A stretch of 64,000 bases of DNA from a phage. The translations under genes were made by a program, and so were the position numbers. Under the pieces are notes generated by a model. The model ran no database searches and was not told the origin of the DNA. It saw only the letters and a program-made list of their open reading frames with translations. Below, piece by piece: positions 1 to 8,556 of this stretch (positions are counted from its first letter, which is position 1; every line of letters starts with the position of its first letter). Location: NCBI GenBank assembly GCA_024673055.1, contig GCA_024673055.1_4537.1. One strand, given 5' to 3'.

Positions 1-156
1 AAAAAAACTTTAAATACTGTGGGCGCGCAAAATTTTTAAAATTTTCCTTGACTTTTGAGTTTTGTTTTGTATCTAACATTTTAATATAATTTTTCCTAAA
101 CTTTAAATTTTGGTTTTCAACTTTCACTTTTGTAAATTCTTAAAAAGTTTAAATAA

Positions 157-201
157 TTTGAGGAATTTTTGAGATAACAGGTAGTGGTAATTTGAGATAA
201 C
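157..201. repeat. Three phased copies of TTTGAG (two as TTTGAGATAAC at 168-178 and 191-201) in AT-rich non-coding leader
   Basis: Direct reading; copies at 157, 168 and 191, spacing 11 and 23 bp. Confidence 0.4.
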
Positions 202-297
202 CTTTAATCTTATTGGTAAACCTTCAGGAACCCACCTAGATCGAATCCTAGTGATGCAAACTGAAAAAGACAAAGGTTTGTATAGGACAAAATAACA

Positions 298-322
298 GGC
301 TCTCTACGGTGCTGTAGGAGCC
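298..322 (-). terminator. Stem-loop GGCTC-CTAC...GTAG-GAGCC flanked by T-rich tracts on both strands; likely terminator of minus-strand early operon
   Basis: Inverted repeat 298-322; minus strand reads hairpin then TGTTATTTTGT. Confidence 0.4.
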
Positions 323-378
323 TTATTTCTGTGCTACAAAGTGACACCTTTGTTCTAAAAATGAAAAAAGTTAAAATA

Positions 379-921
379 TCACAAATATCGTCTTTGCGGT
401 ATTTTGTCTGGGAAAAGTATTTCGATCAGTTTATTATGATATTTGCCTAAAAGATTCTGCCCTTTCCAGGTGGCAGGGTTTAGCACCCCTGGTTCATACA
501 TCCCCATTCCAATTCCGTAAACCTTATCGTAGGGGCTTGCTTCAACAAACGTTTTGTATTGGTAAAGGTGTAAGTCTGCATACAAATCTGGATTCTGTAC
601 ATATTTCAAGCATAAACCTCGCATAACAATACGCTCACGGTTCTCTTCCCATACGTTGTTATCAAAATCCGACACTGCCCTACCCATACGTTTGTAATAA
701 GCTTGTTTCCTCTCGTTGTCACGTATAGTCGAGTGATCAAGGATAGCTGCTGCAATCGCATGATCCTTGAACAGCAAAGCCTTACGCCACATCATATATT
801 GCTCAACACAACAGAAAGTCTCATTGTAACCTGGTTCAGTTTCTGTAAAGGGTGCAATATACCAATTACTAAAAACATCTTTATGTGAAAAGAAGAATAC
901 ATAATCATCCGTTATTCGCAT
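379..921 (-). CDS. NADAR (YbiA-like, DUF1768) domain protein; putative ADP-ribose/N-glycoside hydrolase
   Basis: Motifs FSNWY, CVEQYMMWRKALLF, VWEENRERIVMRGLCLKYVQNPDL, VEASPYDKVYGIG match the NADAR family pattern. Confidence 0.7.
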   Translation of the reverse strand: MRITDDYVFFFSHKDVFSNWYIAPFTETEPGYNETFCCVEQYMMWRKALLFKDHAIAAAILDHSTIRDNERKQAYYKRMGRAVSDFDNNVWEENRERIVMRGLCLKYVQNPDLYADLHLYQYKTFVEASPYDKVYGIGMGMYEPGVLNPATWKGQNLLGKYHNKLIEILFPDKIPQRRYL

Positions 922-1132
922 TTTTCACACTCTCCAAAATTTCACGTTGCCCTTTCTGATAGGCTTTCATCAGGACCACTTTAAGGTTTGTCTCCAAAAG
1001 ATCTTCATTGTAGTTATACCGCTCCACAACATATGTCAATTCATCATAAAGATCAAGAACGGGGTAGAATACAGGGTTATCTGCTAAACGTGCCATAGTT
1101 TCTCCTTTGTTAATCCATCCACCAGTAGCCAT
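905..1132 (-). CDS. hypothetical protein (75 aa)
   Basis: ORF in co-directional tightly packed minus-strand array, overlapping neighbours by a few codons. Confidence 0.4.
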   Translation of the reverse strand: MATGGWINKGETMARLADNPVFYPVLDLYDELTYVVERYNYNEDLLETNLKVVLMKAYQKGQREILESVKNANNG

Positions 1133-1475
1133 AAACTGCGTCTGCGTCGATGAGTTTGTGTTTGTTGTTCCGCATGTAGTCTAAGATAAGTAGACGTTTA
1201 TTGTATCTGGAGAGATTATGACCCTCTTTTCCGCCATAGTCAAAATATTTTGCAAGATCTTTACACTCAAACAAAATCAGTTCGGGAGTTTCTTCACACT
1301 GGTCTGTCTGGTACACTTGACGAATGATCATGTATACATCGTCGTCTTCCGCTAAATGCTCTACTGGTCCACATCCAGCAGGAACAAATTCATAGTCCCA
1401 TCGGATCAGATGTTTCTCTACTGCTTCAAAGAAATCCATCCTTTCGTTGCGCATAATTTGAACGTCAACTAACAT
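1110..1475 (-). CDS. hypothetical protein (121 aa)
   Basis: ORF in minus-strand operon; start overlaps upstream gene end. Confidence 0.45.
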   Translation of the reverse strand: MLVDVQIMRNERMDFFEAVEKHLIRWDYEFVPAGCGPVEHLAEDDDVYMIIRQVYQTDQCEETPELILFECKDLAKYFDYGGKEGHNLSRYNKRLLILDYMRNNKHKLIDADAVYGYWWMD

Positions 1476-2695
1476 GTTTCCTCCTGTAATGTTCCACCAT
1501 AAAGTTTATAAATGTTTTGTATTGAGGCCATGCAAGATAACTCTACTGTTTCTGTGTAGCCATCTGGCATAGAATATTTGCTCACTGCTTCCGTGTGAAG
1601 GACACGCTTACAACGCTTCTCTGCATCTTTGCACTGCTTCGCAGTAGGGAAGTGCCACACTTGGACCTGTTTCATAGTAAACACATTACGACTATTTTGT
1701 TCTTTGATACGGCGATCACTATTATTGGCAATTCCAAATTTCAAAGCACAGAGAATACCTTGTTCATCATGAATGTGGTTAATGTAACATTGTTGTTGTG
1801 TCTGGTTAGCACATTGCGGACAACCAGTGCCATGATTTAACAAACTACTGGCACGTCCTATTTGTACCCCATGTTTCTTACATCCATATTTAAACTTACC
1901 TAATCTTACAGACGGTTTGCCTACCCATTCGATAAAAATCAAATCTTTTTTCTGCAACTCCTTTCTCATGCGGTATGTTAACTGCTGATCGCTAAACACA
2001 TAACGTGTAGAACAACGACAAGCGAGACTCCCGTTTTTAAGACTGCCCCTTGTAGAATAAAACTTACCATCACATACTCCAGCTTGTACATATTCGTCGT
2101 ATGAGCAAATAGGACATTTTATATACCAAATACTGTCGCTCTTTCCAGTACGTTCCCCTGTATTGATGAAGATGGTTCCTGGTTGGAAAGCGCCAGTATT
2201 CATGAAATCTTGTATGTGCTGATCGTCTGGGATAACCGCACACTTGCCTAATTCTCCTATTTTCTCAGCTTTGCATTTTGGGCATCCCGAACCTCTCTTG
2301 AAATTGGCAATACTGCAAGTATTCCATTCATGATAACAAACTTTACAACGGTTAATCATTTTAGTCCGTACACCTTTAAAAGGTTTCACAACCCCAATAA
2401 TCTCAATATCTCTTTCCTGTGCTAAAGGTTGACACTCTATAAGACAGGTTTCTAAGTTTTTCTTTTTAGCTTTACCTCTACTTTCCATTTCTTTTGCACA
2501 AACAGGACAACCACTACCCCTTTTAAAATGGTTAAAAGTCGTGGTATTCCATTCATGATTGCAATCTCTTCCCCGTAGGATCATTTTAGTCTTACTTCCC
2601 TTATCCTCTCCATACGTGCCGAGGATGATGATCCCCCTCTCAGTCGCTATCGGTGCGCACTCTTCCATATATTCTTCTATTGATTTACGTCTCAC
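1469..2695 (-). CDS. Cys-rich protein with three repeated zinc-ribbon modules
   Basis: Three copies of CxxxHEWNT...F(K/N)RGSGCP(V/K/Q)C plus additional CxxC pairs. Confidence 0.6.
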   Translation of the reverse strand: MRRKSIEEYMEECAPIATERGIIILGTYGEDKGSKTKMILRGRDCNHEWNTTTFNHFKRGSGCPVCAKEMESRGKAKKKNLETCLIECQPLAQERDIEIIGVVKPFKGVRTKMINRCKVCYHEWNTCSIANFKRGSGCPKCKAEKIGELGKCAVIPDDQHIQDFMNTGAFQPGTIFINTGERTGKSDSIWYIKCPICSYDEYVQAGVCDGKFYSTRGSLKNGSLACRCSTRYVFSDQQLTYRMRKELQKKDLIFIEWVGKPSVRLGKFKYGCKKHGVQIGRASSLLNHGTGCPQCANQTQQQCYINHIHDEQGILCALKFGIANNSDRRIKEQNSRNVFTMKQVQVWHFPTAKQCKDAEKRCKRVLHTEAVSKYSMPDGYTETVELSCMASIQNIYKLYGGTLQEETC

Positions 2696-2724
2696 CTAAC
2701 GATCCTCTCTATTAAACTAAAACC

Positions 2725-2753
2725 AATATAACAAAACCCGCCGAAGCGGGTTT
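2725..2753 (-). terminator. Rho-independent terminator (AAACCCGC-CGAA-GCGGGTTT) downstream of ATPase gene
   Basis: Perfect 8-bp stem at 2734-2753; T-run follows on minus strand. Confidence 0.5.
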
Positions 2754-2769
2754 AATAAATCTCAACTTA

Positions 2770-3909
2770 TTAGAACACGCTACCCAGTGTGGTGGAACGT
2801 TGTGTTACAGGCTCCAGCACCACTCGCAGAGTGTTTCCTGGTGTAGTGCTCATAACCAGAATCTTACCACCTTCAATCAGATCACAAGTTAGACCATCAG
2901 CCGTTGCACATAGATCAATATGTGGATCACCATCTTCATCCAGGATAACATAACTGTTGGTTTCCATTGCTTCCACTTCATCATCTTTCAAACTTTGTAG
3001 ATAGATGTTCAGGGAACAAGCACCCGACAAAAACTTAGTAGGGGTGAAGTCGTGCCAGTTATTGATCCAATTCACCTTCAGGGTTTTGCCATTAGCTACG
3101 ATAGAAGCCACAGTCCATTTAGCATCGTTGCCTAAAGAAATACCCATCATTTCAAGACATTCTTTAAAAGTCATTTTTGGATAGAAATTCAATTCTTCTA
3201 CAATACCTTGAATAACATCGAAAGACAACTCTGTGCTAACATCCCATAAACGTTGGAAGTTATCTACGTGCTTTTTATTTACCAAGTTCTTATCCAAGTA
3301 ATCTAACATAGTTTCACTAGACAGTTTATCGTAATTGAAACTGTAATAGATACGACTAGGACGGTTTACAAAATATTCCGAGATATAACCACTATTTTTA
3401 GTGAGGATGTAAAGTTTATTCCCACTTCCTGTTCCATCCAACAAGGTCAACAGTGCTTCCTGATCTTCTTTCTTAGCATACACTTTATCAAATTCGTCAA
3501 ATAAAACAACAGCACGATCTGTAATTTTACTCATAAATTCTAAGAATCCAGCATCTGTGTAAGGCTGTGTAACCAAAATGGTTGGAATACCTAAACCTTC
3601 TGTGGACATTAGGGACATGCTAATTAGTTTAGCTAACATCGTCTTACCACTGCCTTTTGTGCCTGTCAGTAACACCCCAGTATTTTTACCTTCTTTACTA
3701 CGACGAGCAAATGTTTTAATAACATGTGCGGCGCGATCTTTAGTTTCCCCATAAAGAGTGTTCGGAAGAGAGAAACTTTCGCCACGCACTAAAGAGTAGT
3801 TACCGTGCGGATCGCAGTTGACAACCCAAACTCCAGCAGGAAGTTTATTAGCTTCAACGCCATATTCCTTATTTACAACAGCTACATCTCCAAAAATAGT
3901 GTATTTCAT
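2770..3909 (-). CDS. P-loop NTPase (AAA-type ATPase)
   Basis: Walker A GTKGSGKT, Walker B VVLFDEFD. Confidence 0.65.
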   Translation of the reverse strand: MKYTIFGDVAVVNKEYGVEANKLPAGVWVVNCDPHGNYSLVRGESFSLPNTLYGETKDRAAHVIKTFARRSKEGKNTGVLLTGTKGSGKTMLAKLISMSLMSTEGLGIPTILVTQPYTDAGFLEFMSKITDRAVVLFDEFDKVYAKKEDQEALLTLLDGTGSGNKLYILTKNSGYISEYFVNRPSRIYYSFNYDKLSSETMLDYLDKNLVNKKHVDNFQRLWDVSTELSFDVIQGIVEELNFYPKMTFKECLEMMGISLGNDAKWTVASIVANGKTLKVNWINNWHDFTPTKFLSGACSLNIYLQSLKDDEVEAMETNSYVILDEDGDPHIDLCATADGLTCDLIEGGKILVMSTTPGNTLRVVLEPVTQRSTTLGSVF

Positions 3910-4265
3910 TAGAACGTTTCTCCTTTTAAAATAATTACTGTAAACTTTGCAGTTTTTTCACTCTTAATATTCTTGACTAATAAGTACTCTCCTCCAGGGG
4001 CATCTTTGTATTGTTTAATAGCTACTATTTCATTTTTGCAAGTAGCTATAATCGAATAAAAAGGACGTTTCGTGTTATCTTCTTTTCCTGTATATGCCTC
4101 AACATTTTGGCACTCTTCCAGAACACCATTTCCAGGTGTATAGTAAAATTTGTTGCCTGTGATCACAACATCTTTACCAATATCCGTTTTAACTGCTACA
4201 AATTTTTGAGCGTAAGTGGTGAAGCTTACGGTAGCCAGCAATGTGACTAAGATTAATTTTTTCAT
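3909..4265 (-). CDS. secreted/periplasmic protein with N-terminal signal peptide
   Basis: MKKLILVTLLATVSFTTYAQ signal-like N-terminus; start moved to the internal Met of the track ORF. Confidence 0.5.
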   Translation of the reverse strand: MKKLILVTLLATVSFTTYAQKFVAVKTDIGKDVVITGNKFYYTPGNGVLEECQNVEAYTGKEDNTKRPFYSIIATCKNEIVAIKQYKDAPGGEYLLVKNIKSEKTAKFTVIILKGETF

Positions 4266-4276
4266 AAACTTCCCTC

Positions 4277-4441
4277 CTATTCCCACAACATACAAATCGC
4301 AGCGACAAACATATTAGCAATAGCCGCACCAAGAACTATAAACATCGCCAGTTCTGAACAATATTCACCAACCAGAGGGGATACTATTGCACAAAGTAGT
4401 CCCAATGTTAAACACAAATTGATGATGAAGTTTAAAATCAT
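4277..4441 (-). CDS. small hydrophobic membrane protein (54 aa), not in ORF track
   Basis: ORF MILNFIINLCLTLGLLCAIVSPL... preceded by AAGGAGAG RBS; fills otherwise empty gap. Confidence 0.4.
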   Translation of the reverse strand: MILNFIINLCLTLGLLCAIVSPLVGEYCSELAMFIVLGAAIANMFVAAICMLWE

Positions 4442-4450
4442 ATTCTCTCC

Positions 4451-4642
4451 TTACAACCAACCCTTTGCCTGGTAGCCTTTAGAAAATCCATCTTCCCATT
4501 CTTCGAATTCCTTTTTGTGTGTCATTGGACAGTATGGATTTACTTTATTAAACATACCAAACTTGAACCCTGCGGTATACCCTTTCTTAAAAGCTATTGA
4601 TTCTAAAGAGATCATATTCTTTCTCCTCTTAGAACTCGACAA
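4451..4642 (-). CDS. hypothetical protein (63 aa)
   Basis: ORF in minus-strand operon. Confidence 0.35.
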   Translation of the reverse strand: MSSSKRRKNMISLESIAFKKGYTAGFKFGMFNKVNPYCPMTHKKEFEEWEDGFSKGYQAKGWL

Positions 4643-4880
4643 TGATTTTGTCTAAGTGTTCTGCTTCAATTTGGGATAATGTTAACACCTGCACCAAACC
4701 TCTGTCAATGCCTAATTTGATCACTTGCAAATAATCACCGAAAAGATCAGAGATTTCAATCTGGTGTTCAGTAACCACCACGACCTCGTTACCCTTGGTA
4801 TACTCTCTCCAGATTCGTCCACACTTGTAAATGAAATCTTTCTGGTCTTCACTGATCATCTTAGGCTTAACGCTTAACAT
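4629..4880 (-). CDS. hypothetical protein (83 aa)
   Basis: ORF in minus-strand operon. Confidence 0.4.
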   Translation of the reverse strand: MLSVKPKMISEDQKDFIYKCGRIWREYTKGNEVVVVTEHQIEISDLFGDYLQVIKLGIDRGLVQVLTLSQIEAEHLDKIIVEF

Positions 4881-5236
4881 TACATACTCCCGTATTCTGG
4901 TTCAATATTATGTTTACGACAAATGGTATCCCAACGTTCATTACCAAAACTTCTTCCATGTAGAGCGTTAAATGCGAAATGCTCTGCCAACCACAATACT
5001 ACATCATCAGGATCTGTGTCAAGAGGAATTCTAAACTCTCGATCATAACGCATACGCAGAATAAAATCCTTATCATCTTCAAGGAGATACATGTGACTTT
5101 TAGCCCGTGATGCCAAATCAAAGAAAGGAGGCTCATCTTTCCAAACGTGACGCTCAACTTCAACACCATGATCAACTACCAGAGTAGCGATCACCTCTCT
5201 CATTTCTTTACTAAACATATTACCTCCATTAACCAA
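4880..5236 (-). CDS. hypothetical protein (118 aa)
   Basis: ORF, start overlaps previous stop (ATGA-type coupling). Confidence 0.45.
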   Translation of the reverse strand: MVNGGNMFSKEMREVIATLVVDHGVEVERHVWKDEPPFFDLASRAKSHMYLLEDDKDFILRMRYDREFRIPLDTDPDDVVLWLAEHFAFNALHGRSFGNERWDTICRKHNIEPEYGSM

Positions 5237-5417
5237 TTAGTTCAACCGATTTGCAAATGTAAATCCAAACTGGAGTGAGCATAAGAGCTATACCGAATAC
5301 ACAATTCCACTTAATTCCCATTTCCTCTATTAGAGACATGATTAAGCCAACAGCACTAATAATCAGATAGATCCCTAAGAAAGCCATTGTGAAGAATTCA
5401 GACATATTTAGCTCCAA
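5229..5417 (-). CDS. small membrane protein (62 aa)
   Basis: Two hydrophobic segments. Confidence 0.4.
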   Translation of the reverse strand: MELNMSEFFTMAFLGIYLIISAVGLIMSLIEEMGIKWNCVFGIALMLTPVWIYICKSVELIG

Positions 5418-5764
5418 AGATTATCAAAATAACTAGCGAATAAAAGACGGCCCTCTAATCGTGCCTTCCTTTGATCTTCAGCATACACGATTTCTGGATT
5501 ACCACTATCAATAAAAGCATTCTCCATCTTTTCTAAAATATTTAACCACTCTCTTCTACCTGTCTCCTCTTCTTCATCTGTATACGGCGCACTTCTATTT
5601 GGATACAAAACACGCATCAGTTTAGTGGGGATCATGACAAACGTGCTATTGTTTGCCTTCTCACGGAAGGCTTTAATTCCTGCATAGATTACCTTCCCCA
5701 AAGCTGCATCCAAATCCATCAGGTCACTTTCTTCTATTTGAATTTCATCGTGTACAATTTTCAT
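5408..5764 (-). CDS. hypothetical protein (118 aa)
   Basis: ORF in operon. Confidence 0.45.
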   Translation of the reverse strand: MKIVHDEIQIEESDLMDLDAALGKVIYAGIKAFREKANNSTFVMIPTKLMRVLYPNRSAPYTDEEEETGRREWLNILEKMENAFIDSGNPEIVYAEDQRKARLEGRLLFASYFDNLWS

Positions 5765-6048
5765 CGTGCCTTCTCCCGATCTGCATCTAATTTCAACAAG
5801 AAAGCTGTATACTCTTCCGAACCTTGGTGTAAAAACATGTGATAAGAGCTTACCAGTTTCTTCGTTGTCGTATAACGTTCCATTTCCCCAACAACACCTC
5901 CACCTAGTGTGTAGAGCACAATACCTTCAACTCCAACATGGGTTACTACTTCAACCAAGTCTGTGTTATCCCAATAGTAGTTAGGTGACACAATAAGATC
6001 GCCAACTGCCAGTTTAATGTTTGCTACTTCGTCTTGTGAATAATACAT
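5761..6048 (-). CDS. hypothetical protein (95 aa)
   Basis: ORF in operon. Confidence 0.45.
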   Translation of the reverse strand: MYYSQDEVANIKLAVGDLIVSPNYYWDNTDLVEVVTHVGVEGIVLYTLGGGVVGEMERYTTTKKLVSSYHMFLHQGSEEYTAFLLKLDADREKAR

Positions 6049-6060
6049 TTGGTTCTCCTT

Positions 6061-6354
6061 TCACATTAAGACACGTTTTGTGTCGATGGGCGCATTATCA
6101 AACATGTTAAGAACATTGTCAAGCAGTTTTACTAATTCATTTGTAATTTGTTCTTTTGAACGGGAGGAAGTGAGCACTTTGCTTTCACCAACGATATGCA
6201 TAACTTTTATAGGGGCATCTAAAATAATGTTGTGTTGACGATCCTCTTCAAAAGAAGCCAACCATTTCTCATTGTTACCGTGCAAGGCTACAATCACACC
6301 AAAACCGTTAATTGTTTCAGAAATATTCTTAGTTGCTAAAGTAATGTTCATCAT
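6061..6354 (-). CDS. hypothetical protein (97 aa), first gene of minus-strand block
   Basis: ORF adjacent to divergent promoter region. Confidence 0.45.
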   Translation of the reverse strand: MMNITLATKNISETINGFGVIVALHGNNEKWLASFEEDRQHNIILDAPIKVMHIVGESKVLTSSRSKEQITNELVKLLDNVLNMFDNAPIDTKRVLM

Positions 6355-6379
6355 CTACCTCTCTTGTTAATGTTCATAC

Positions 6380-6407
6380 ATGATACCTGAAAATAATTTC
6401 AGATCAA
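6380..6407 (-). promoter_or_regulatory. sigma70-like promoter for the minus-strand block (TTGATC-16-TATCAT on minus strand)
   Basis: Reverse complement of 6380-6407. Confidence 0.35.
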
Positions 6408-6410
6408 GTA

Positions 6411-6438
6411 TTGACATACTTTTTAATCTTGTTAAGAT
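6411..6438 (+). promoter_or_regulatory. sigma70-like promoter TTGACA-16-TAAGAT for the plus-strand block
   Basis: TTGACA 6411-6416, TAAGAT 6433-6438, 30 bp upstream of the 6469 ATG. Confidence 0.45.
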
Positions 6439-6468
6439 CAACTCCTACCAAACAAAAGGAGAAAACAA

Positions 6469-6912
6469 ATGCAAAACATCCAAAACATCAAACTGACTTG
6501 GCCCGAAGCTAAAGAAGCGATGAAGGAAGGTAGACGTGTTGAGCACCGCTATTTTTGTGGTGGCGAATGGTTTGAGATGCGAGATGGTGTTATTCTCGAT
6601 GAACAAGGTTATAACATGGAAACTTGGTTCAGAGGGGAAGCTTGGCAGGAAGAGGGTTGGTCTGTAATTGAAAAAGAAGACAGTAAGGAAGAAGGCGTGT
6701 TGTCTAATGTAGAACGCAAGATGAGGGAAACAAAGATACCTGCTTTGGATTTTGTATACCTGGAAGAACTTGTGGCAGCATCTTTTGTAGCAGGAAATCT
6801 TTGGAATACACCTGTTAGCCGACTGGAGAACCAAAATAACCCATCTGCTCGTAATCACAAGCTTTATAAGGGTAAAGGTCACAACAAATTAAAGAAAGGA
6901 AAGAAGAAATGA
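6469..6912 (+). CDS. hypothetical protein (147 aa), Lys-rich C-terminus
   Basis: ORF with AAAGGAG RBS. Confidence 0.5.
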   Translation: MQNIQNIKLTWPEAKEAMKEGRRVEHRYFCGGEWFEMRDGVILDEQGYNMETWFRGEAWQEEGWSVIEKEDSKEEGVLSNVERKMRETKIPALDFVYLEELVAASFVAGNLWNTPVSRLENQNNPSARNHKLYKGKGHNKLKKGKKK

Positions 6913-7058
6913 TCTACAAAAACAAGTTCACTGGTTGTCTCCGTAAATTTATCAATAAGAAAGGGTATGTTTCTCTTGACAAGGGTGTTACGTGGGTGCA
7001 AAATGGCACTTCAGAACAACTGATCAAGGCTTTACCTTACTATGAGGAGGTTTTATGA
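6909..7058 (+). CDS. hypothetical small protein (49 aa), not in ORF track
   Basis: ATG overlaps upstream stop (ATGA) and its stop overlaps the next ATG. Confidence 0.3.
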   Translation: MIYKNKFTGCLRKFINKKGYVSLDKGVTWVQNGTSEQLIKALPYYEEVL

Positions 7059-7315
7059 CACTTTATCACGTAACTACAGAAGGCGACTGTGAAGGCCGCA
7101 CTACAAAAGATTTGGGGTATGTTGAAGCAGATTCACCTGAACATGCTATCAAATACCTGCATTCCATCGGGAAGTATGCGGGTTATGAGTATACTATCTA
7201 CGAGGTTGAAATTATTAACCTTATACAAGTGGCAACTCCTATGGCAGAGTTGAAACATCTTAAGGCAAAAGTAAGACCTGGTATAGTGTCCGATTACAAA
7301 GGGGAAGTAAAGTGA
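7055..7315 (+). CDS. hypothetical protein (86 aa)
   Basis: ORF, GAGGAGG RBS. Confidence 0.5.
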   Translation: MTLYHVTTEGDCEGRTTKDLGYVEADSPEHAIKYLHSIGKYAGYEYTIYEVEIINLIQVATPMAELKHLKAKVRPGIVSDYKGEVK

Positions 7316-7524
7316 GTGGATGGATTAAAGTATCTGGTACCGAGGATGTTCCTATCGGAGAGTGGCTTGTAATCATGGCAAACGGCAAGAAGGGATTCTG
7401 TGAAGTTAACAAAACACGCAATGGCACGATAGCTGTTATCAATGGTCATTTTTATTTTGACTTGGCACCTGTGATCGCATACCATGCACTACCAACGTAT
7501 GAAGAGGAGATTAACAATGGCTAA
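7312..7524 (+). CDS. hypothetical protein (70 aa)
   Basis: ORF with start overlapping previous stop. Confidence 0.45.
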   Translation: MSGWIKVSGTEDVPIGEWLVIMANGKKGFCEVNKTRNGTIAVINGHFYFDLAPVIAYHALPTYEEEINNG

Positions 7525-7834
7525 CAAAGAACCACATGTATATACTGCACTGGTAAAGCACTTGAACAAAGAACGTAACAAGATCATTGCAGATTATCGT
7601 AAATTTAAACGTAGTAGTCTAAATCGTAAATACATGCCACATGCAGCTTTTGACGCTACACGTGCAGTATTTCGTGCAAAGATTGCGGAAATGGATAATC
7701 TGCTTAAGCTTGCACGATTATCTATTCATGCATCCAAAGTAACAGGAGTCACTCACTTCTTTGACTTCGATACTAAAGCACTATATGCACCAGAAGCAGG
7801 TGAACAATTGATTTATCTACTTAACAAAAAATAA
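7517..7834 (+). CDS. hypothetical protein (105 aa)
   Basis: ATG at 7517 after GAGGAG RBS (track ORF starts upstream at 7484). Confidence 0.5.
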   Translation: MANKEPHVYTALVKHLNKERNKIIADYRKFKRSSLNRKYMPHAAFDATRAVFRAKIAEMDNLLKLARLSIHASKVTGVTHFFDFDTKALYAPEAGEQLIYLLNKK

Positions 7835-7882
7835 GTGTTGACTTTTTTCAAAAAATATGCTACCCTAACCCCGAAGGGTCGA

Positions 7883-7977
7883 GCGATAGCGAGTATAGAT
7901 TATGTAATAGATTAATCTCTATCGTTAGATGTTCGAAGAACAGAGATTTAAGTACTTGTTCTTATCGGTAGATGATC
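7883..7977 (+). promoter_or_regulatory. Structured intergenic element: inverted repeat CGATAG/CTATCG, tandem ATAGATTA, hairpin AAGAACA-N14-TGTTCTT, flanking 16-nt direct repeats
   Basis: Direct reading of 7883-7977; preceded by a weak TTGACT promoter-like site at 7837. Confidence 0.35.
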
Positions 7978-8010
7978 GTAAGATCAAGAACAATAATAGG
8001 AGAGTGTGTT

Positions 8011-8208
8011 ATGTTAGTCAGTGAAATACTACCTGACTCTAATGGTAATCAGATCACTATTGATTGGTTTCCTGGTACTGGTACACTAGATCTAACTGCT
8101 GAATGGTCTGGTGATATTTATGGAGAAGGTGTATTATCATTGTCTACAGAACAAATGATCATCCTTCGTGACTTCTTAATTAGTTTAGATCTAGGAGAAA
8201 ACAAATGA
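8011..8208 (+). CDS. hypothetical protein (65 aa)
   Basis: ATG at 8011 after TAGGAGAG RBS. Confidence 0.4.
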   Translation: MLVSEILPDSNGNQITIDWFPGTGTLDLTAEWSGDIYGEGVLSLSTEQMIILRDFLISLDLGENK

Positions 8209-8474
8209 GTAAAACTTCTGTTGAGTTTATCGAGAAATCCCCTGTTCCAAAATTATATCGTTTAGATGAAATTGAACCTATGTCTGTTTTCTACTACTAC
8301 GATTCAGAAGTAAGTGAACAAGAACGGGACTACTACCTAGCTACAGATACAGGTGCAGTGTGCTTAACAGGTTCTCGTGCAGGAGAATACATTGTGACTA
8401 GTCGTTTTAATGAAGCAGATTACTGTTGGGCTAAGGTTGAAACTAAGATTGTCATCAACATCATTAATCATTAA
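8205..8474 (+). CDS. hypothetical protein (89 aa)
   Basis: ORF, start overlaps previous stop. Confidence 0.5.
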   Translation: MSKTSVEFIEKSPVPKLYRLDEIEPMSVFYYYDSEVSEQERDYYLATDTGAVCLTGSRAGEYIVTSRFNEADYCWAKVETKIVINIINH

Positions 8475-8484
8475 GACTAATCTG

Positions 8485-8526
8485 ACAAAGAGTTACTTGA
8501 CATGTGCAAAGCTCTTTGTGTAGAAT
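8485..8526 (+). promoter_or_regulatory. sigma70-like promoter TTGACA-18-TAGAAT bracketed by inverted repeat ACAAAGAG/CTCTTTGT (operator-like)
   Basis: TTGACA 8497-8502, TAGAAT 8521-8526; repeat arms at 8485-8492 and 8512-8519. Confidence 0.4.
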
Positions 8527-8556
8527 AAAGATTCACTTACTAAGGAGATTTTATAA

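Noticed and set aside
703-888. Plus-strand ORF of 61 aa, and many similar short ORFs antisense to long genes (e.g. 1595-1840, 6445-6882, 12105-12350, 15092-15478, 19643-20083, 41800-42342, 43647-43841, 48627-49025, 55944-56327, 61093-61320)
   Set aside because: They lie entirely inside and antisense to longer ORFs that carry recognisable motifs and RBSs; treated as shadow ORFs
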